64,000 bases of DNA, taken from positions 4,323 through 68,322 of the forward strand of contig SIAU01000003.1 in NCBI GenBank assembly GCA_009691685.1. The letters are read 5' to 3'. The stretch's first letter is position 1, and every line of letters starts with the position of its first letter. The stretch comes from Opitutales bacterium. GTDB lineage: Bacteria; Verrucomicrobiota; Verrucomicrobiia; Opitutales; UBA953. Below are positions 39,834-50,145 of the stretch, piece after piece. A program made the translations under genes and the position numbers. Under the pieces are notes generated by a model, which had not been told where the DNA came from, ran no database searches, and worked only from the letters and a program-made list of their open reading frames with translations.

Positions 39834-40808
39834 ATGACTACACCACTCCAGTCTGCCCAGTCGTTATTGAAAGCCGAAGCCGAAGCCTTGACCGAACTCT
39901 CCCAACGTCTTGACGGTTCGTTCACCAAGGTGGTTGATTTAATCGCCAAACATTCAGGAAAAGTTGTTTTAATTGGCGTTGGTAAGTCGGGTCTCATCGC
40001 CCAAAAAATTGCTTCCACCCTTTGCAGTACAGGTACACCGGCCATATTTTTACACGCCGCGGATGCCGTTCACGGCGATTTGGGAATTTTACAATCGGGC
40101 GATCCTGTTATTTTAATTTCACGTTCAGGTGCGACAGCGGAGCTGGTCCGACTTTTACCCGTGTTGCGTTCTTTTAAATCTCCTTTAATCGCTTTGGTGG
40201 GTAACACGCAGTCACCCCTCGCGACCCAAGCGGATTTTGTTTTAGATATTGGTGCGCGCCCCGAGGCGGATCCCCTGGGACTCGTCCCAACGACGAGTAC
40301 GCTCTTAACTTTAGCATTAGGTGACGCCTTAGCGGCTGCCTTAATTACTCATCGCGGATTTGGGGCTTCCGACTTCGCAAGATTTCATCCCGCGGGTCAA
40401 TTAGGTCGCAACCTCTCGTTGACCGTTGGCGAAGTTTTTCAATCTATCGATCGCTGTGCTCAGGTTGATATCAGTGCCTCCCTACGTGAGGCGGTTATTG
40501 CGATGACCACTTTTCCTAATGGCGCTGCCTGTATTTTAAATGCGGAAGGAATTTTAATGGGATTAATTACCGATGGAGATCTCCGTAGAGTATTAAGTCG
40601 AGGAATCGATTTAAATACCGCCAAGGTTATCGATGTGATGACTAAAAATCCGATTCGAACCCATCCGCAGGTTTCCCTCGTAGAGGCTGCTCGTGTGATG
40701 GAAGACCGCCCTTCACAAATTTCTGTTTTGCCAGTAACTCACCCAGATAACCAAAAGTGTTTAGGTTTACTCCGCATTCACGATATCTACCAAGCTGGAC
40801 TCGTCTAA
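39834..40808 (+). CDS. kpsF: arabinose-5-phosphate isomerase (SIS plus tandem CBS)
   Basis: GVGKSGLIAQKIASTL SIS motif with a CBS pair at the C-terminus; follows kdsB. Confidence 0.85.
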   Translation: MTTPLQSAQSLLKAEAEALTELSQRLDGSFTKVVDLIAKHSGKVVLIGVGKSGLIAQKIASTLCSTGTPAIFLHAADAVHGDLGILQSGDPVILISRSGATAELVRLLPVLRSFKSPLIALVGNTQSPLATQADFVLDIGARPEADPLGLVPTTSTLLTLALGDALAAALITHRGFGASDFARFHPAGQLGRNLSLTVGEVFQSIDRCAQVDISASLREAVIAMTTFPNGAACILNAEGILMGLITDGDLRRVLSRGIDLNTAKVIDVMTKNPIRTHPQVSLVEAARVMEDRPSQISVLPVTHPDNQKCLGLLRIHDIYQAGLV

Positions 40809-40811
40809 TTA

Positions 40812-42482
40812 ATGGCTGAAGACTCTACTTATTCTAAGCACGTTTTTTATAAAAATATAAAAACGCGCAGGCCTTCGTTAACTCCTCGGGAGTTAGCGTT
40901 ATTTGCTGTGGCAGCTACCCTATTGACCATCATGCCTTGGGCTTGGGGTGGAGTGGTTTGGTGGGCAACTATGCTTACCTTAGGACTGTCAATGGGAGCG
41001 CTGATTATTGCCGTCGGCAATTTTCGAGCACAAACCATCTGCGCGGGAATTTGGGCGACCATCCTAGTCGTCATCATCGTTTTAAGTATTCGTGGTATAA
41101 TTTCTGGAACTAACGAAATTTTAAATTACATCACTTTTCCGTTGGCTGCTTTATTCGCTCAGCTTTTGGGTGTCGGCTTACTTTACGACGATGTTAAATC
41201 GCGCCCCGCCTCTGAAAAATTTAATAATTTATTAAGATGTGTCCCGTTCTGGATGGGGTTGGCGCTGTTTGCCTACTTTACCATCCAAGGCCTAAACTCG
41301 TGGGGTAGTGTTACCGAAAGAGATTTATTTTGGAGAATTTTTAAAGAGCCTTACATCACTTGGTTACCCAACGGATTAAAGGCTCCCTTTCTTTCTGATG
41401 AAAGCGATCCGGGTGGCATGAATGCCTGGCGTGTTTTGTTAACGTTTGCTGGGCCCTGGATGTTTTTCTGTGCGTTATATATCGGGCTCGTTCATCGCCG
41501 TGCTTATATCGCCCTCGCTTGGGTCAGTATTATCACGGCCTGTTTGCTAGCGGCCTATGGCTATACCCACCAACTCACGGAAGGCACTATTTTAGGTTAT
41601 CCCGTTCCCAGTAATGCACGCACTTTTGGACCCTTTATTAATCGTACCCATGCGTGCACTTATTTTTATTTTAACGCAGCCATCGCCATCGCTTTGACTT
41701 TTTGGCACTTCCGACGAAAAAAAGACAGTGATCGCTTAGGCGGCCCTCACTTAATTTCTTTTTTTATAGCTCTCTTATTGTTCTTTGGTGTTTTCTTAAC
41801 TTTTAGTGTGGGTGGAATTTTAATTAGCCTAACCTTATTGTTATTTGTTACTCCCATTGCCTACTTCTTAGGACTCCCTTTAAAAAGTGGTAAGAGTTTA
41901 GGGGTTAATTTAATCAATATTATAATCTTTGTGATTATGTTAGGGGGCTTAGCCTATACTTATAAGTACGATCAGTTGGAGTATCGGATTAAACAAAAAC
42001 TAAAACAGACTTCCAGTTCCTCGGTGGATGAGAGGGTGGCGTTGCGCAGTGCGACCGCACAAATGATTGGCGTCGGTGGGCTTGAAGGCAAAGTTTGGTA
42101 CGGCTGGGGTGCCGGTTCTTACCGCTGGGTCTCTCCTTATTTTCAAGCCCAACAGCCTTCCTTACAGGATAAAAACCAAAGATTATCCACGAGAGCTATC
42201 TATGCTCATTGCGATTGGTTACAAATGATTGCCGAGTGGGGCATCGTAGGACTGTTGCCAGTTCTCGCCACTATCGGATGGTTTGTCATAAAGTCTCGAA
42301 GAATCACTCGCCGTGGCCGCCCCGAAGTCATTCCGCTATTTTGTGTCTGTATCCTATTCTTAACCCACATGTTACTCGACTTGTTGTGTTGGTTTACCCC
42401 GATTCTTTTCATCTTAGCTTTCACCGCGGCGATGACACTTTGTACTTTGAATTCTAATTCAAACCTCGAAGAAAACTCTTAA
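40812..42482 (+). CDS. O-antigen ligase/polymerase-family (Wzy_C) membrane protein
   Basis: Polytopic, with a large loop carrying AHCDWLQMIAEWGIVGLL, a Wzy_C/WaaL-type motif. Confidence 0.7.
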   Translation: MAEDSTYSKHVFYKNIKTRRPSLTPRELALFAVAATLLTIMPWAWGGVVWWATMLTLGLSMGALIIAVGNFRAQTICAGIWATILVVIIVLSIRGIISGTNEILNYITFPLAALFAQLLGVGLLYDDVKSRPASEKFNNLLRCVPFWMGLALFAYFTIQGLNSWGSVTERDLFWRIFKEPYITWLPNGLKAPFLSDESDPGGMNAWRVLLTFAGPWMFFCALYIGLVHRRAYIALAWVSIITACLLAAYGYTHQLTEGTILGYPVPSNARTFGPFINRTHACTYFYFNAAIAIALTFWHFRRKKDSDRLGGPHLISFFIALLLFFGVFLTFSVGGILISLTLLLFVTPIAYFLGLPLKSGKSLGVNLINIIIFVIMLGGLAYTYKYDQLEYRIKQKLKQTSSSSVDERVALRSATAQMIGVGGLEGKVWYGWGAGSYRWVSPYFQAQQPSLQDKNQRLSTRAIYAHCDWLQMIAEWGIVGLLPVLATIGWFVIKSRRITRRGRPEVIPLFCVCILFLTHMLLDLLCWFTPILFILAFTAAMTLCTLNSNSNLEENS

Positions 42483-42487
42483 TTATA

Positions 42488-44548
42488 GTGTTACAGATTC
42501 TTCAACATTTAGATACCGGACACACCGAGTTGACGGAGGTTCCTGCTCCGGGACCAACTACGGGCTCTTTATTAATTTTGACCTCGCATTCTTTGGTTTC
42601 ACTGGGAACCGAAAAAATGTTGGTCGAATTTGGTAAGGCTAGCTGGATACAGAAAATCAGACAACAGCCAGAGAGGGTTAAAGAGGTGTTAGCGAAAATT
42701 TCTACCGACGGATTAATCCCTACCATTAAGGCGATTCGTGGTAAGTTAAGTCAGCCCATCCCGCTAGGCTATTGCCAAGTAGGGCAGGTAATCGACCAGG
42801 GTGGTGATCCCAACTTTACTGCGGGTGATCGCGTGATCTCTAACGGTTCGCACGCCGAGGTTGTCAGTGTTAAATCTTACCTCTGTGCAAAAATTCCCGA
42901 CAATGTTTTATCGGCTGATGCCACCTTCACGCCCCTAGCTGCCATTGCTCTTAATGGTATTCGCTTACTCAATATCACTCCTGGCAGCCGCATTGTGGTC
43001 AGTGGATTGGGTTTAATCGGACAATTAGCCGTTCGTATTTTAAAAGCCCAAGGCGCCGAAGTTTTCGGCATCGATTTAAATCCAGATAAGTGTGCCCTGG
43101 CAGAAAAACAGGGAGCTCACTGTTTTAGGGCAGAAAAAAATTCTAATCCGGTCTCATCAATACTTTCTTGGACAGGGGGACAAGGGGTTGACGGAGTTTT
43201 AATCACGGCGTCATCGCCCTCACATGATATTATCAGTCAGTCGGCCCAGTCTTGCCGCCATCACGGAAAAATAGTTTTAGTCGGAGTAATCGGACTTAAC
43301 TTAAAACGCGGTGATTTTTATCGTAATGAGGTCAGCTTCCAAGTCTCGAATTCCTATGGACTGCGCCAAGCCAATCATCCTTTCTCTGCTCAAGAAAATT
43401 TTAAGCGTGTCCTAGAATTAATGTCCCAAGGTAAATTAGTCGTGCATGATTTAATTTCCATCCAGAAATCAATCGACGAGGCGCCCGAAGTTTACAGCCA
43501 CTTAACCGATCCCCAAATTTTTGGAATTTCTCTGGTTTATCGTCCGCGCTCTGAGAATTTAATTCGTCAAATTCAACTTAAGCCCACGACGAAAGATACG
43601 GGATTAAGAGTGGGTATTTTGGGCACTGGAAATTTTACCCAACGCACACTTTTACCCGAGCTCATGGCATTGGATCAGCCGCCTCAATTAGAAGTGCTCG
43701 TGTCCGCTCAAGGTGCCTCCACGCTGTTTTCTGCCAAAAAATTTAATGCGGCTAGCGTAGCGACCGACCCCGCAGCTGTTTTTAAGAACAGAAATATAAA
43801 AGCAGTTTTTATTTCAACCCGACATCATTTACACGCCACGCAAACGGTAACGGCCCTAGAAAATAGCCAGTCGGTTTGGGTCGAGAAACCCCTCGCCTTA
43901 ACGGAGCCGGAAATTGATCTCATCGAAAAAAGTGCGAAAACATCTTCGGCAATTTTAATGGTCGGATTTAACCGACGATTTGCACCCCTGGCGCTGCATG
44001 CTCGAAAAATTATCGCCGCACAGGTGGGACCGAAAACTATTACGATAAATATCAATGCGGGCAGCCTTCCGCCTGATCATTGGACATTAAACCCGGCCGA
44101 GGGTGGCGGAAGAATTGTTGGCGAAGCTTGTCACTTTATAGATTTACTCAGGTTTCTTATCTCCGCACCCATTTCTCAGGTTATGCTCGTCGACCGATTT
44201 ACCGATGGCCAAGACGGTGGTAAATATAAACTCGAATTCACGGACGGTTCGACCGGATATATTAATTATCTCACGGACCTCCCCAAAACCGTTCCCAAAG
44301 AAATGATTCATGTTTCCGGTGCGGGCTGGAACTTGGAAATCAATAATTGGCAGCAATGTCGCGGTCGGGGCGTCTGGGGTATTAATAAGGGCAGAGGCTT
44401 ATTCCAGAAAATGGATAAAGGACATTCCAACGCGCTCGCTGCATTTACTCATGCGGTTGAATCCCATCAGCCTTCGCCCATCCCGCTCAACGAAATCATC
44501 GAAGTCTCCCGCTGGGCGGTACGCATGCAGGCGATGACTCATCCATAA
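42488..44548 (+). CDS. bi-domain oxidoreductase (Zn-alcohol-dehydrogenase-like N-terminus, Gfo/Idh/MocA C-terminus)
   Basis: MDR Rossmann motif VSGLGLIGQLAVR, then VGILGTGNFTQRTLLPEL and VWVEKPLA (Gfo/Idh/MocA). GTG start. Confidence 0.75.
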   Translation: MLQILQHLDTGHTELTEVPAPGPTTGSLLILTSHSLVSLGTEKMLVEFGKASWIQKIRQQPERVKEVLAKISTDGLIPTIKAIRGKLSQPIPLGYCQVGQVIDQGGDPNFTAGDRVISNGSHAEVVSVKSYLCAKIPDNVLSADATFTPLAAIALNGIRLLNITPGSRIVVSGLGLIGQLAVRILKAQGAEVFGIDLNPDKCALAEKQGAHCFRAEKNSNPVSSILSWTGGQGVDGVLITASSPSHDIISQSAQSCRHHGKIVLVGVIGLNLKRGDFYRNEVSFQVSNSYGLRQANHPFSAQENFKRVLELMSQGKLVVHDLISIQKSIDEAPEVYSHLTDPQIFGISLVYRPRSENLIRQIQLKPTTKDTGLRVGILGTGNFTQRTLLPELMALDQPPQLEVLVSAQGASTLFSAKKFNAASVATDPAAVFKNRNIKAVFISTRHHLHATQTVTALENSQSVWVEKPLALTEPEIDLIEKSAKTSSAILMVGFNRRFAPLALHARKIIAAQVGPKTITININAGSLPPDHWTLNPAEGGGRIVGEACHFIDLLRFLISAPISQVMLVDRFTDGQDGGKYKLEFTDGSTGYINYLTDLPKTVPKEMIHVSGAGWNLEINNWQQCRGRGVWGINKGRGLFQKMDKGHSNALAAFTHAVESHQPSPIPLNEIIEVSRWAVRMQAMTHP

Positions 44549-44563
44549 TTTTTCAAAACTATC

Positions 44564-45796
44564 ATGAAATCTATCTGTGTTTTAGGTTTAGGTTATATCG
44601 GCTTACCTACCGCCTCTATTTTTGCTACCAAGGGACATAAAGTGAATGGCGTAGATGTGTCTCCGCGCGTGGTGGATACCATTAATTCAGGAAAAATACA
44701 TATTCAGGAACCCGACCTGGATGTTTTAGTCCGCGCCGCTGTGCAATCGGGCAATTTAAAAGCTACACTTAAGCCCGCCACCGCTGACGTTTTTATCATC
44801 GCGGTGCCCACCCCGTTTGATGTTCAAGCAGATGGTTCACGCACGCCCGATTTAAAATATGTGGAATCAGCCGCTCGCTCAATTGCGCCAGTTGTCGTCA
44901 GCGGAAACTTAGTTATTTTAGAATCCACCTCTCCCGTCGGCACGACCGAAAAAGTTAAAGAGTGGATTGAAGATGAATGTAAGAAACTAAAACGCGGACA
45001 CATAGACGGTATCCTTTACGCCCATTGCCCGGAGCGAATTCTTCCCGGTCAAATGCTCAAAGAATTGGTTTCTAATGATCGCATTGCGGGTGGTTTAACT
45101 CCCGAAGCCTCCGAAATTTCTAAAAAACTTTATGAAAGTTTCTGTTCCGCGCAGATATTTATCACCGATGCCCGTACCGCCGAAATGGCGAAGCTCACCG
45201 AGAACGCATTTCGCGATGTGAATATTGCTTTCGCCAACGAACTTTCCTTGATTTGCGATCGCTTAAAAATTAATGTTTGGGAGTTGATTCGTTTAGCCAA
45301 TCGCCACCCACGGGTGAAAATTTTACAACCTGGTCCAGGTGTCGGCGGACATTGTATCGCTGTGGATCCTTGGTTTATTGTTCATGCTGCACCGAAAGAA
45401 GCGCGCTTGATGCGTACGGCCCGAGAAGTAAACGACTCTAAACCCCACCACGTCGTGGCACAGGTTATCCAAGCCACACAAGGCATTGCCCAGCCAGTGG
45501 TCGCCTGTCTTGGCTTAGCGTTTAAAGCCAACATTGACGACTTACGCGAATCACCCTCCGTTGAAATCACTGCGGAGTTGGCGCAAAGCGGATTAAAAGT
45601 TTTAGCGGTGGAACCCCACGTGGAAAAACTTCCTGCTTCGCTTGATGGAAAAGTTGAATTAACCGATTTAGCTTCAGCCCTAAAGCGTGCTCAAGTGATT
45701 GTATTACTCGTCGACCACCAAGCCTTTGGTTCACTCACTTTAGCTCAGCTTGCCGGTAAAAAACTTATCGACACGCGCGGAATGATAAAAGTTTAG
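44564..45796 (+). CDS. wecC: UDP-N-acetyl-D-mannosamine dehydrogenase family
   Basis: ICVLGLGYIGLPTA, catalytic GGHCI and LGLAFKANIDDLRESP motifs. Confidence 0.8.
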   Translation: MKSICVLGLGYIGLPTASIFATKGHKVNGVDVSPRVVDTINSGKIHIQEPDLDVLVRAAVQSGNLKATLKPATADVFIIAVPTPFDVQADGSRTPDLKYVESAARSIAPVVVSGNLVILESTSPVGTTEKVKEWIEDECKKLKRGHIDGILYAHCPERILPGQMLKELVSNDRIAGGLTPEASEISKKLYESFCSAQIFITDARTAEMAKLTENAFRDVNIAFANELSLICDRLKINVWELIRLANRHPRVKILQPGPGVGGHCIAVDPWFIVHAAPKEARLMRTAREVNDSKPHHVVAQVIQATQGIAQPVVACLGLAFKANIDDLRESPSVEITAELAQSGLKVLAVEPHVEKLPASLDGKVELTDLASALKRAQVIVLLVDHQAFGSLTLAQLAGKKLIDTRGMIKV

Positions 45797-45803
45797 TTTA
45801 TTA

Positions 45804-47738
45804 ATGTATTTTTCCTTAATTAAAAATCTTGGGCCGAGTTGGTTGGCACAACGCGTCTGGTTTAAAGTCGAAAAGAAACTCGGCTTGCTAGAAAAAAGAA
45901 TGCCCAAGCAATCTTGGGTCTCTCTTTCGTCCGCTATAATTACGTCCTCGGCTGATTTATGGCGTCGAAAGGCCCCGGCGTTGCCGATTTCATTATTTGC
46001 CCGAGAGGATTTGGCTCCCTTATGTGAAGGCTATGCGATCGCGACTGGACATTCTCCCGTGGCCGAAGCGCGTGGTTTAGCTCAGGGAAAAATTAGAATA
46101 TTTAACAATCGTTTTTTTGATCTCGGCTTCCCCTTAAATTGGAATCGCAATGTTTTAAGTGGTCGCCGTTTGGAATCCACTGCTCACTGGTCGAAAATTA
46201 CCGATGCGGGTAGTGATGATATTAAAGGCGTGTGGGAAGCTTCGCGTTTCAGTTGGGTTTTTCCATTAGTCCGCGCTTGGATTATTGAAGGCAGCGATTC
46301 CTATCCCGAAACTTTTTGGAAATTATTCGAGGATTGGATGGAAAAGAATCCACCTAATCAAGGTCCGCAATGGATGTGTGGTCAGGAAGCGTCGATGAGA
46401 TTGATGGCGGTGGCTTACGCGCTCCAGGCTTTCCGTAGTCATCCCACCACGACTGATAAAAGAATAGTTTTAACGACGCAGCTAGCCGAAGCTACGGCGA
46501 ATAGAATTAATGGACATCTTTCTTACGCTATTTCTCAGTCTAATAATCACGGAATCAGCGAAGCAGTAGGATTATTTACCGCGGGTGTGCTCTGGCCCAA
46601 TTGTACTCAGGCTGGCGAGTGGCGGGCCAAAGGAATCGAAACTTTACTGCCGCAAATTGAATCACTCGTTAATGCCGACGGCGGATTCAGTCAGCATTCC
46701 ACGAACTATCACCGTCTGTTTTTACACTTAATGATTTGGACGGAAGTGGTTTTACGATCCGAAGAACAAACTTTTCCCCAAGTTACCCTTAAGAAAATTC
46801 GGGCGGCGACGATGTTCTTAGGCGACCTCCTAGATGATGAAGGCAATGTACCCCGTTATGGTGCCGATGATGGCGCTTGTTTATTTCCACTCACGGGAAG
46901 TTCTCACGAAGATTTTCGTCCGGTAATCAACACCGCCCAAATACTTTTTCTTGGTTCACGCTTATCGACCGGTCCCTGGGATGAAGAGGCTCTATTGCTC
47001 TGTGGTCCGATCTCCACCACTTCAGTTGATTGTTCAAACAAAGATTTTATAGATAAACCGATTTCGGGCGTATCTGTATTTCGAAATCAGCTGGGCTCGC
47101 TCTTTTTTAGAAATCCTACGCAGTTTAGACATCGCCCCAGCCACGCCGACCAACTGCATGTTTCACTCAAATGGGGTAACGAATGGGTAGCAGAAGACCT
47201 TGGTACGTTCTCATATAACTCTAAATTAGCTGGTGCCGATGGATCTAATGCCAATCAGCACAACGTGGTTACCATCAATAATCAGAACCCGATGCGTCGC
47301 TTCAGTCGGTTTCTTTGGTTGCCCTGGACGAAATGCCACCGGGTTCTTAAGCCCAATCAGATTCGCGCCGCACATACTGGGTATCCTAATTATTCTTGCG
47401 AACGAGCTATCCAAAAATTTCCGCAAGGCTTTATTATTATCGACAAAATCAAAGGTAAAACAAATGCCGAAATCAGTCTGCGTTGGAATGGTCGCTCAAA
47501 ATTAGCCCTCGAGCAGTTATCCATTGTTTGTTCAGCTGAATCAAAAGAAGATTGGCAAACCGCTAATGAAAAAACCGGTGAGGGTTGGTATTCAGCCAGT
47601 TACGGGGTGCGTGAAGCATCTTGGGTGCGTACGATTACCACTCGGGCATTATCGGTTATTTTTGTGACCGCCATCGGCTGCTCGGTAAAATTAGAGAACA
47701 ATGAACTTTGGGTAGATGGTAAAAAAACATTAATCTAA
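45804..47738 (+). CDS. heparinase II/III-like family protein, no signal peptide
   Basis: The alpha/alpha-toroid N-terminal region (WEASRF, QGPQWMCGQEASMR) and the beta-sandwich C-terminus with HADQLHVSL resemble the heparinase II/III / alginate-lyase superfamily. Confidence 0.65.
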   Translation: MYFSLIKNLGPSWLAQRVWFKVEKKLGLLEKRMPKQSWVSLSSAIITSSADLWRRKAPALPISLFAREDLAPLCEGYAIATGHSPVAEARGLAQGKIRIFNNRFFDLGFPLNWNRNVLSGRRLESTAHWSKITDAGSDDIKGVWEASRFSWVFPLVRAWIIEGSDSYPETFWKLFEDWMEKNPPNQGPQWMCGQEASMRLMAVAYALQAFRSHPTTTDKRIVLTTQLAEATANRINGHLSYAISQSNNHGISEAVGLFTAGVLWPNCTQAGEWRAKGIETLLPQIESLVNADGGFSQHSTNYHRLFLHLMIWTEVVLRSEEQTFPQVTLKKIRAATMFLGDLLDDEGNVPRYGADDGACLFPLTGSSHEDFRPVINTAQILFLGSRLSTGPWDEEALLLCGPISTTSVDCSNKDFIDKPISGVSVFRNQLGSLFFRNPTQFRHRPSHADQLHVSLKWGNEWVAEDLGTFSYNSKLAGADGSNANQHNVVTINNQNPMRRFSRFLWLPWTKCHRVLKPNQIRAAHTGYPNYSCERAIQKFPQGFIIIDKIKGKTNAEISLRWNGRSKLALEQLSIVCSAESKEDWQTANEKTGEGWYSASYGVREASWVRTITTRALSVIFVTAIGCSVKLENNELWVDGKKTLI

Positions 47739-49090
47739 TGAAGATTCAAAATATAACCTGTATTGGTGCTGGGTATGTAGGCGGGCCGACGATGTCGGTC
47801 ATCGCAGATCGTTGCCCGCATATTCGTGTCACTGTAGTCGACATGAATGCCGAGCGAATTGCTGCTTGGAATTCCGACCATATTCCTATTTTTGAGCCCG
47901 GCTTAGATGCGGTTGTAAAACGTGCTCGAGGTGAAAATCTATTTTTCAGTACCGATATTGATGCCGCGATTAAAAGCGCGGACTGCATTTTTATGTCGGT
48001 TAACACTCCGACTAAAACCGAAGGGGAGGGGGCTGGTCGCGCCGCCGATTTAAAATATATCATCGCCTGCGCTGAACAAATTGCCCGTTCGGCTCAAGAT
48101 CACACCATTGTCGTAGAAAAATCCACGCTACCAGTTCGCACCGCAGAAAAAATCAAAGAAATTTTAGCGAAGAATAGTAAACAGTCCTTTGATGTACTTT
48201 CTAATCCGGAATTTTTAGCAGAAGGTACTGCGATTAAAGACTTAGAAAATCCTGACCGTGTTCTCATTGGTGGCGAAAATCCTGAAGCCATCGCAGCCTT
48301 ATTTGAAGTTTATGCTCAATGGGTAGCGAAAGAGAAAATAATCACCACCAATGTGTGGTCGGCCGAAATGGCGAAGTTGGCGGCCAATGCGATGCTCGCC
48401 CAGCGGGTTTCCTCAATCAATTCACTCTCGGCCTTCTGTGAAGCTACCGAAGCAGACATTGATGAGGTCGCCAAAGTTTTAGGTAGTGACTCACGCATCG
48501 GCAGTAAGTTCTTAAAAGCAGGGATTGGGTTTGGTGGATCCTGTTTTAAGAAAGATATTTTAAACCTCGTTTACCTTTGCGAGCATCATGGTTTGCCTGA
48601 AGTAGCTGCCTATTGGGAACAGGTTTTGGTGATGAATGATTGGCAGAAGAAACGTATCGCCCAATTGGTCATTAAAAAATTGGGTGGACAGGTTAAGGGG
48701 AAGAAAATTGCCGTACTCGGTTTTGCCTTTAAGAAGGACACCAACGATACCCGCGAAGCTCCGGCTATTTTGGTGTGCGAAACTTTACTGCAAGCCGGAG
48801 CCGAAGTGGTAGTTTTTGATCCGAAAGTTTCCGCACAAAAAGTCCAAGCCGACCTCTCTTATCTTTCAACACACCAATCTCACTTAAAATCTGCGAACAC
48901 AGTAAACGACGCCTGTGTGGGTGTGGATGCAGTGATTGTTTTAACCGAGTGGGACCAATTCAAGATGATCGATTGGGCCAGTGTTGCTACGCAAACGAAA
49001 AAATCAGCATGGATTTTCGATGCACGCAATTGCACGAACCACGCCGCCATCCGCGCCGCAGGTTTAAACCTTTGGGTAGTAGGTAAATAA
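47738..49090 (+). CDS. ugd: UDP-glucose 6-dehydrogenase
   Basis: ITCIGAGYVGGPT, catalytic GFGGSCFKKD and GFAFKKDTNDTREAP motifs. TAATG overlap with the upstream gene. Confidence 0.9.
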   Translation: MKIQNITCIGAGYVGGPTMSVIADRCPHIRVTVVDMNAERIAAWNSDHIPIFEPGLDAVVKRARGENLFFSTDIDAAIKSADCIFMSVNTPTKTEGEGAGRAADLKYIIACAEQIARSAQDHTIVVEKSTLPVRTAEKIKEILAKNSKQSFDVLSNPEFLAEGTAIKDLENPDRVLIGGENPEAIAALFEVYAQWVAKEKIITTNVWSAEMAKLAANAMLAQRVSSINSLSAFCEATEADIDEVAKVLGSDSRIGSKFLKAGIGFGGSCFKKDILNLVYLCEHHGLPEVAAYWEQVLVMNDWQKKRIAQLVIKKLGGQVKGKKIAVLGFAFKKDTNDTREAPAILVCETLLQAGAEVVVFDPKVSAQKVQADLSYLSTHQSHLKSANTVNDACVGVDAVIVLTEWDQFKMIDWASVATQTKKSAWIFDARNCTNHAAIRAAGLNLWVVGK

Positions 49091-49096
49091 TTTTAA

Positions 49097-50134
49097 ATGT
49101 TTAATTATACTAAAGAAGTAATCGCCATTATTCCGGCGCGTAGTGGTTCTAAAACAGTACCACATAAAAATATCCGGACCTTTGCTGGAAAACCTTTATT
49201 GGCACACTCCATCGAGCAAGCTTTGAATTCGGGTGCAGTAAATCGTGTACTTTTAAGTACAGATAGTGAGCAGTACGCAGAAATCGGAAAACAGTATGGA
49301 GCGACTGCCCCCTTCTTGCGGCCCGCTGAAATTTCTGGAGATTTATCAACCGACTTAGAATGTTTTAAGCATGCCTTAGATTGGTTGGCAAAAAACGAAG
49401 GAGGAGTGCCCGAATTTATTGTTCATTTGCGCCCCACTCATCCGAATCGTCGCCCATCGGATATTGCGCGTGCGGTTGAACTACTCAGACAACACCCCGA
49501 GTGGGATTCTATCCGCTCAGTAGTCACTGCGCCTGAGACGCCATTTAAGATGTGGTTCCGAAATGATTTAGGTGAACTGACTCCAGTAATAAATACTAAT
49601 ATTAAAGAAGCGCATAGTCGCCCAAGACAAGGTCTTCCAAGTACTTTTTTGCAAAATGCTAATATTGATGTTATTCGTACGCGAACCATTCTGGAGAAAA
49701 ACTCGGTAGCGGGTGAGCGTATTGGATCTTTGTTGATGGAAGAAATTCATGACATTGATACCCACGAACAATTTGCCCGCGCGGAACAGTCTTTTGTATG
49801 GTCTAATGGCATTCCTACTGGAAAAACCTTTGTTTTTGATGTCGACGGAGTAATTGCAACAATCACACCCGGTAATAATTATGAACTAGCTGGCCCTCTC
49901 ACGGATAACATTCACCGCATCAATAGAATATTTGAAGCAGGTAACCATATCGTTTTATTTACTGCTCGCGGATCGGCTACTGGAATTGATTGGTCGACGA
50001 CAACCCAACGCCAAATGAACGAATGGGGAGTTAAGCACCACAAGTTATTTTTCGGCAAGCCAGCCGCTGATTACTATATTGATGATAAACTTATTAGTTT
50101 AGAAACTCTCTCACAAATAGATAAAATTTCTTAA
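49097..50134 (+). CDS. acylneuraminate (nonulosonate) cytidylyltransferase fused to a C-terminal HAD-type phosphatase domain
   Basis: N-terminus IIPARSGSKTVPHKNI ... FLRPAEISGD (CMP-NeuAc synthetase family). C-terminus FVFDVDGVIA (HAD motif I), FTARG (motif II) and GKPAADYYIDD (motif III). Confidence 0.75.
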   Translation: MFNYTKEVIAIIPARSGSKTVPHKNIRTFAGKPLLAHSIEQALNSGAVNRVLLSTDSEQYAEIGKQYGATAPFLRPAEISGDLSTDLECFKHALDWLAKNEGGVPEFIVHLRPTHPNRRPSDIARAVELLRQHPEWDSIRSVVTAPETPFKMWFRNDLGELTPVINTNIKEAHSRPRQGLPSTFLQNANIDVIRTRTILEKNSVAGERIGSLLMEEIHDIDTHEQFARAEQSFVWSNGIPTGKTFVFDVDGVIATITPGNNYELAGPLTDNIHRINRIFEAGNHIVLFTARGSATGIDWSTTTQRQMNEWGVKHHKLFFGKPAADYYIDDKLISLETLSQIDKIS

Positions 50135-50145
50135 ACCCCAATACT

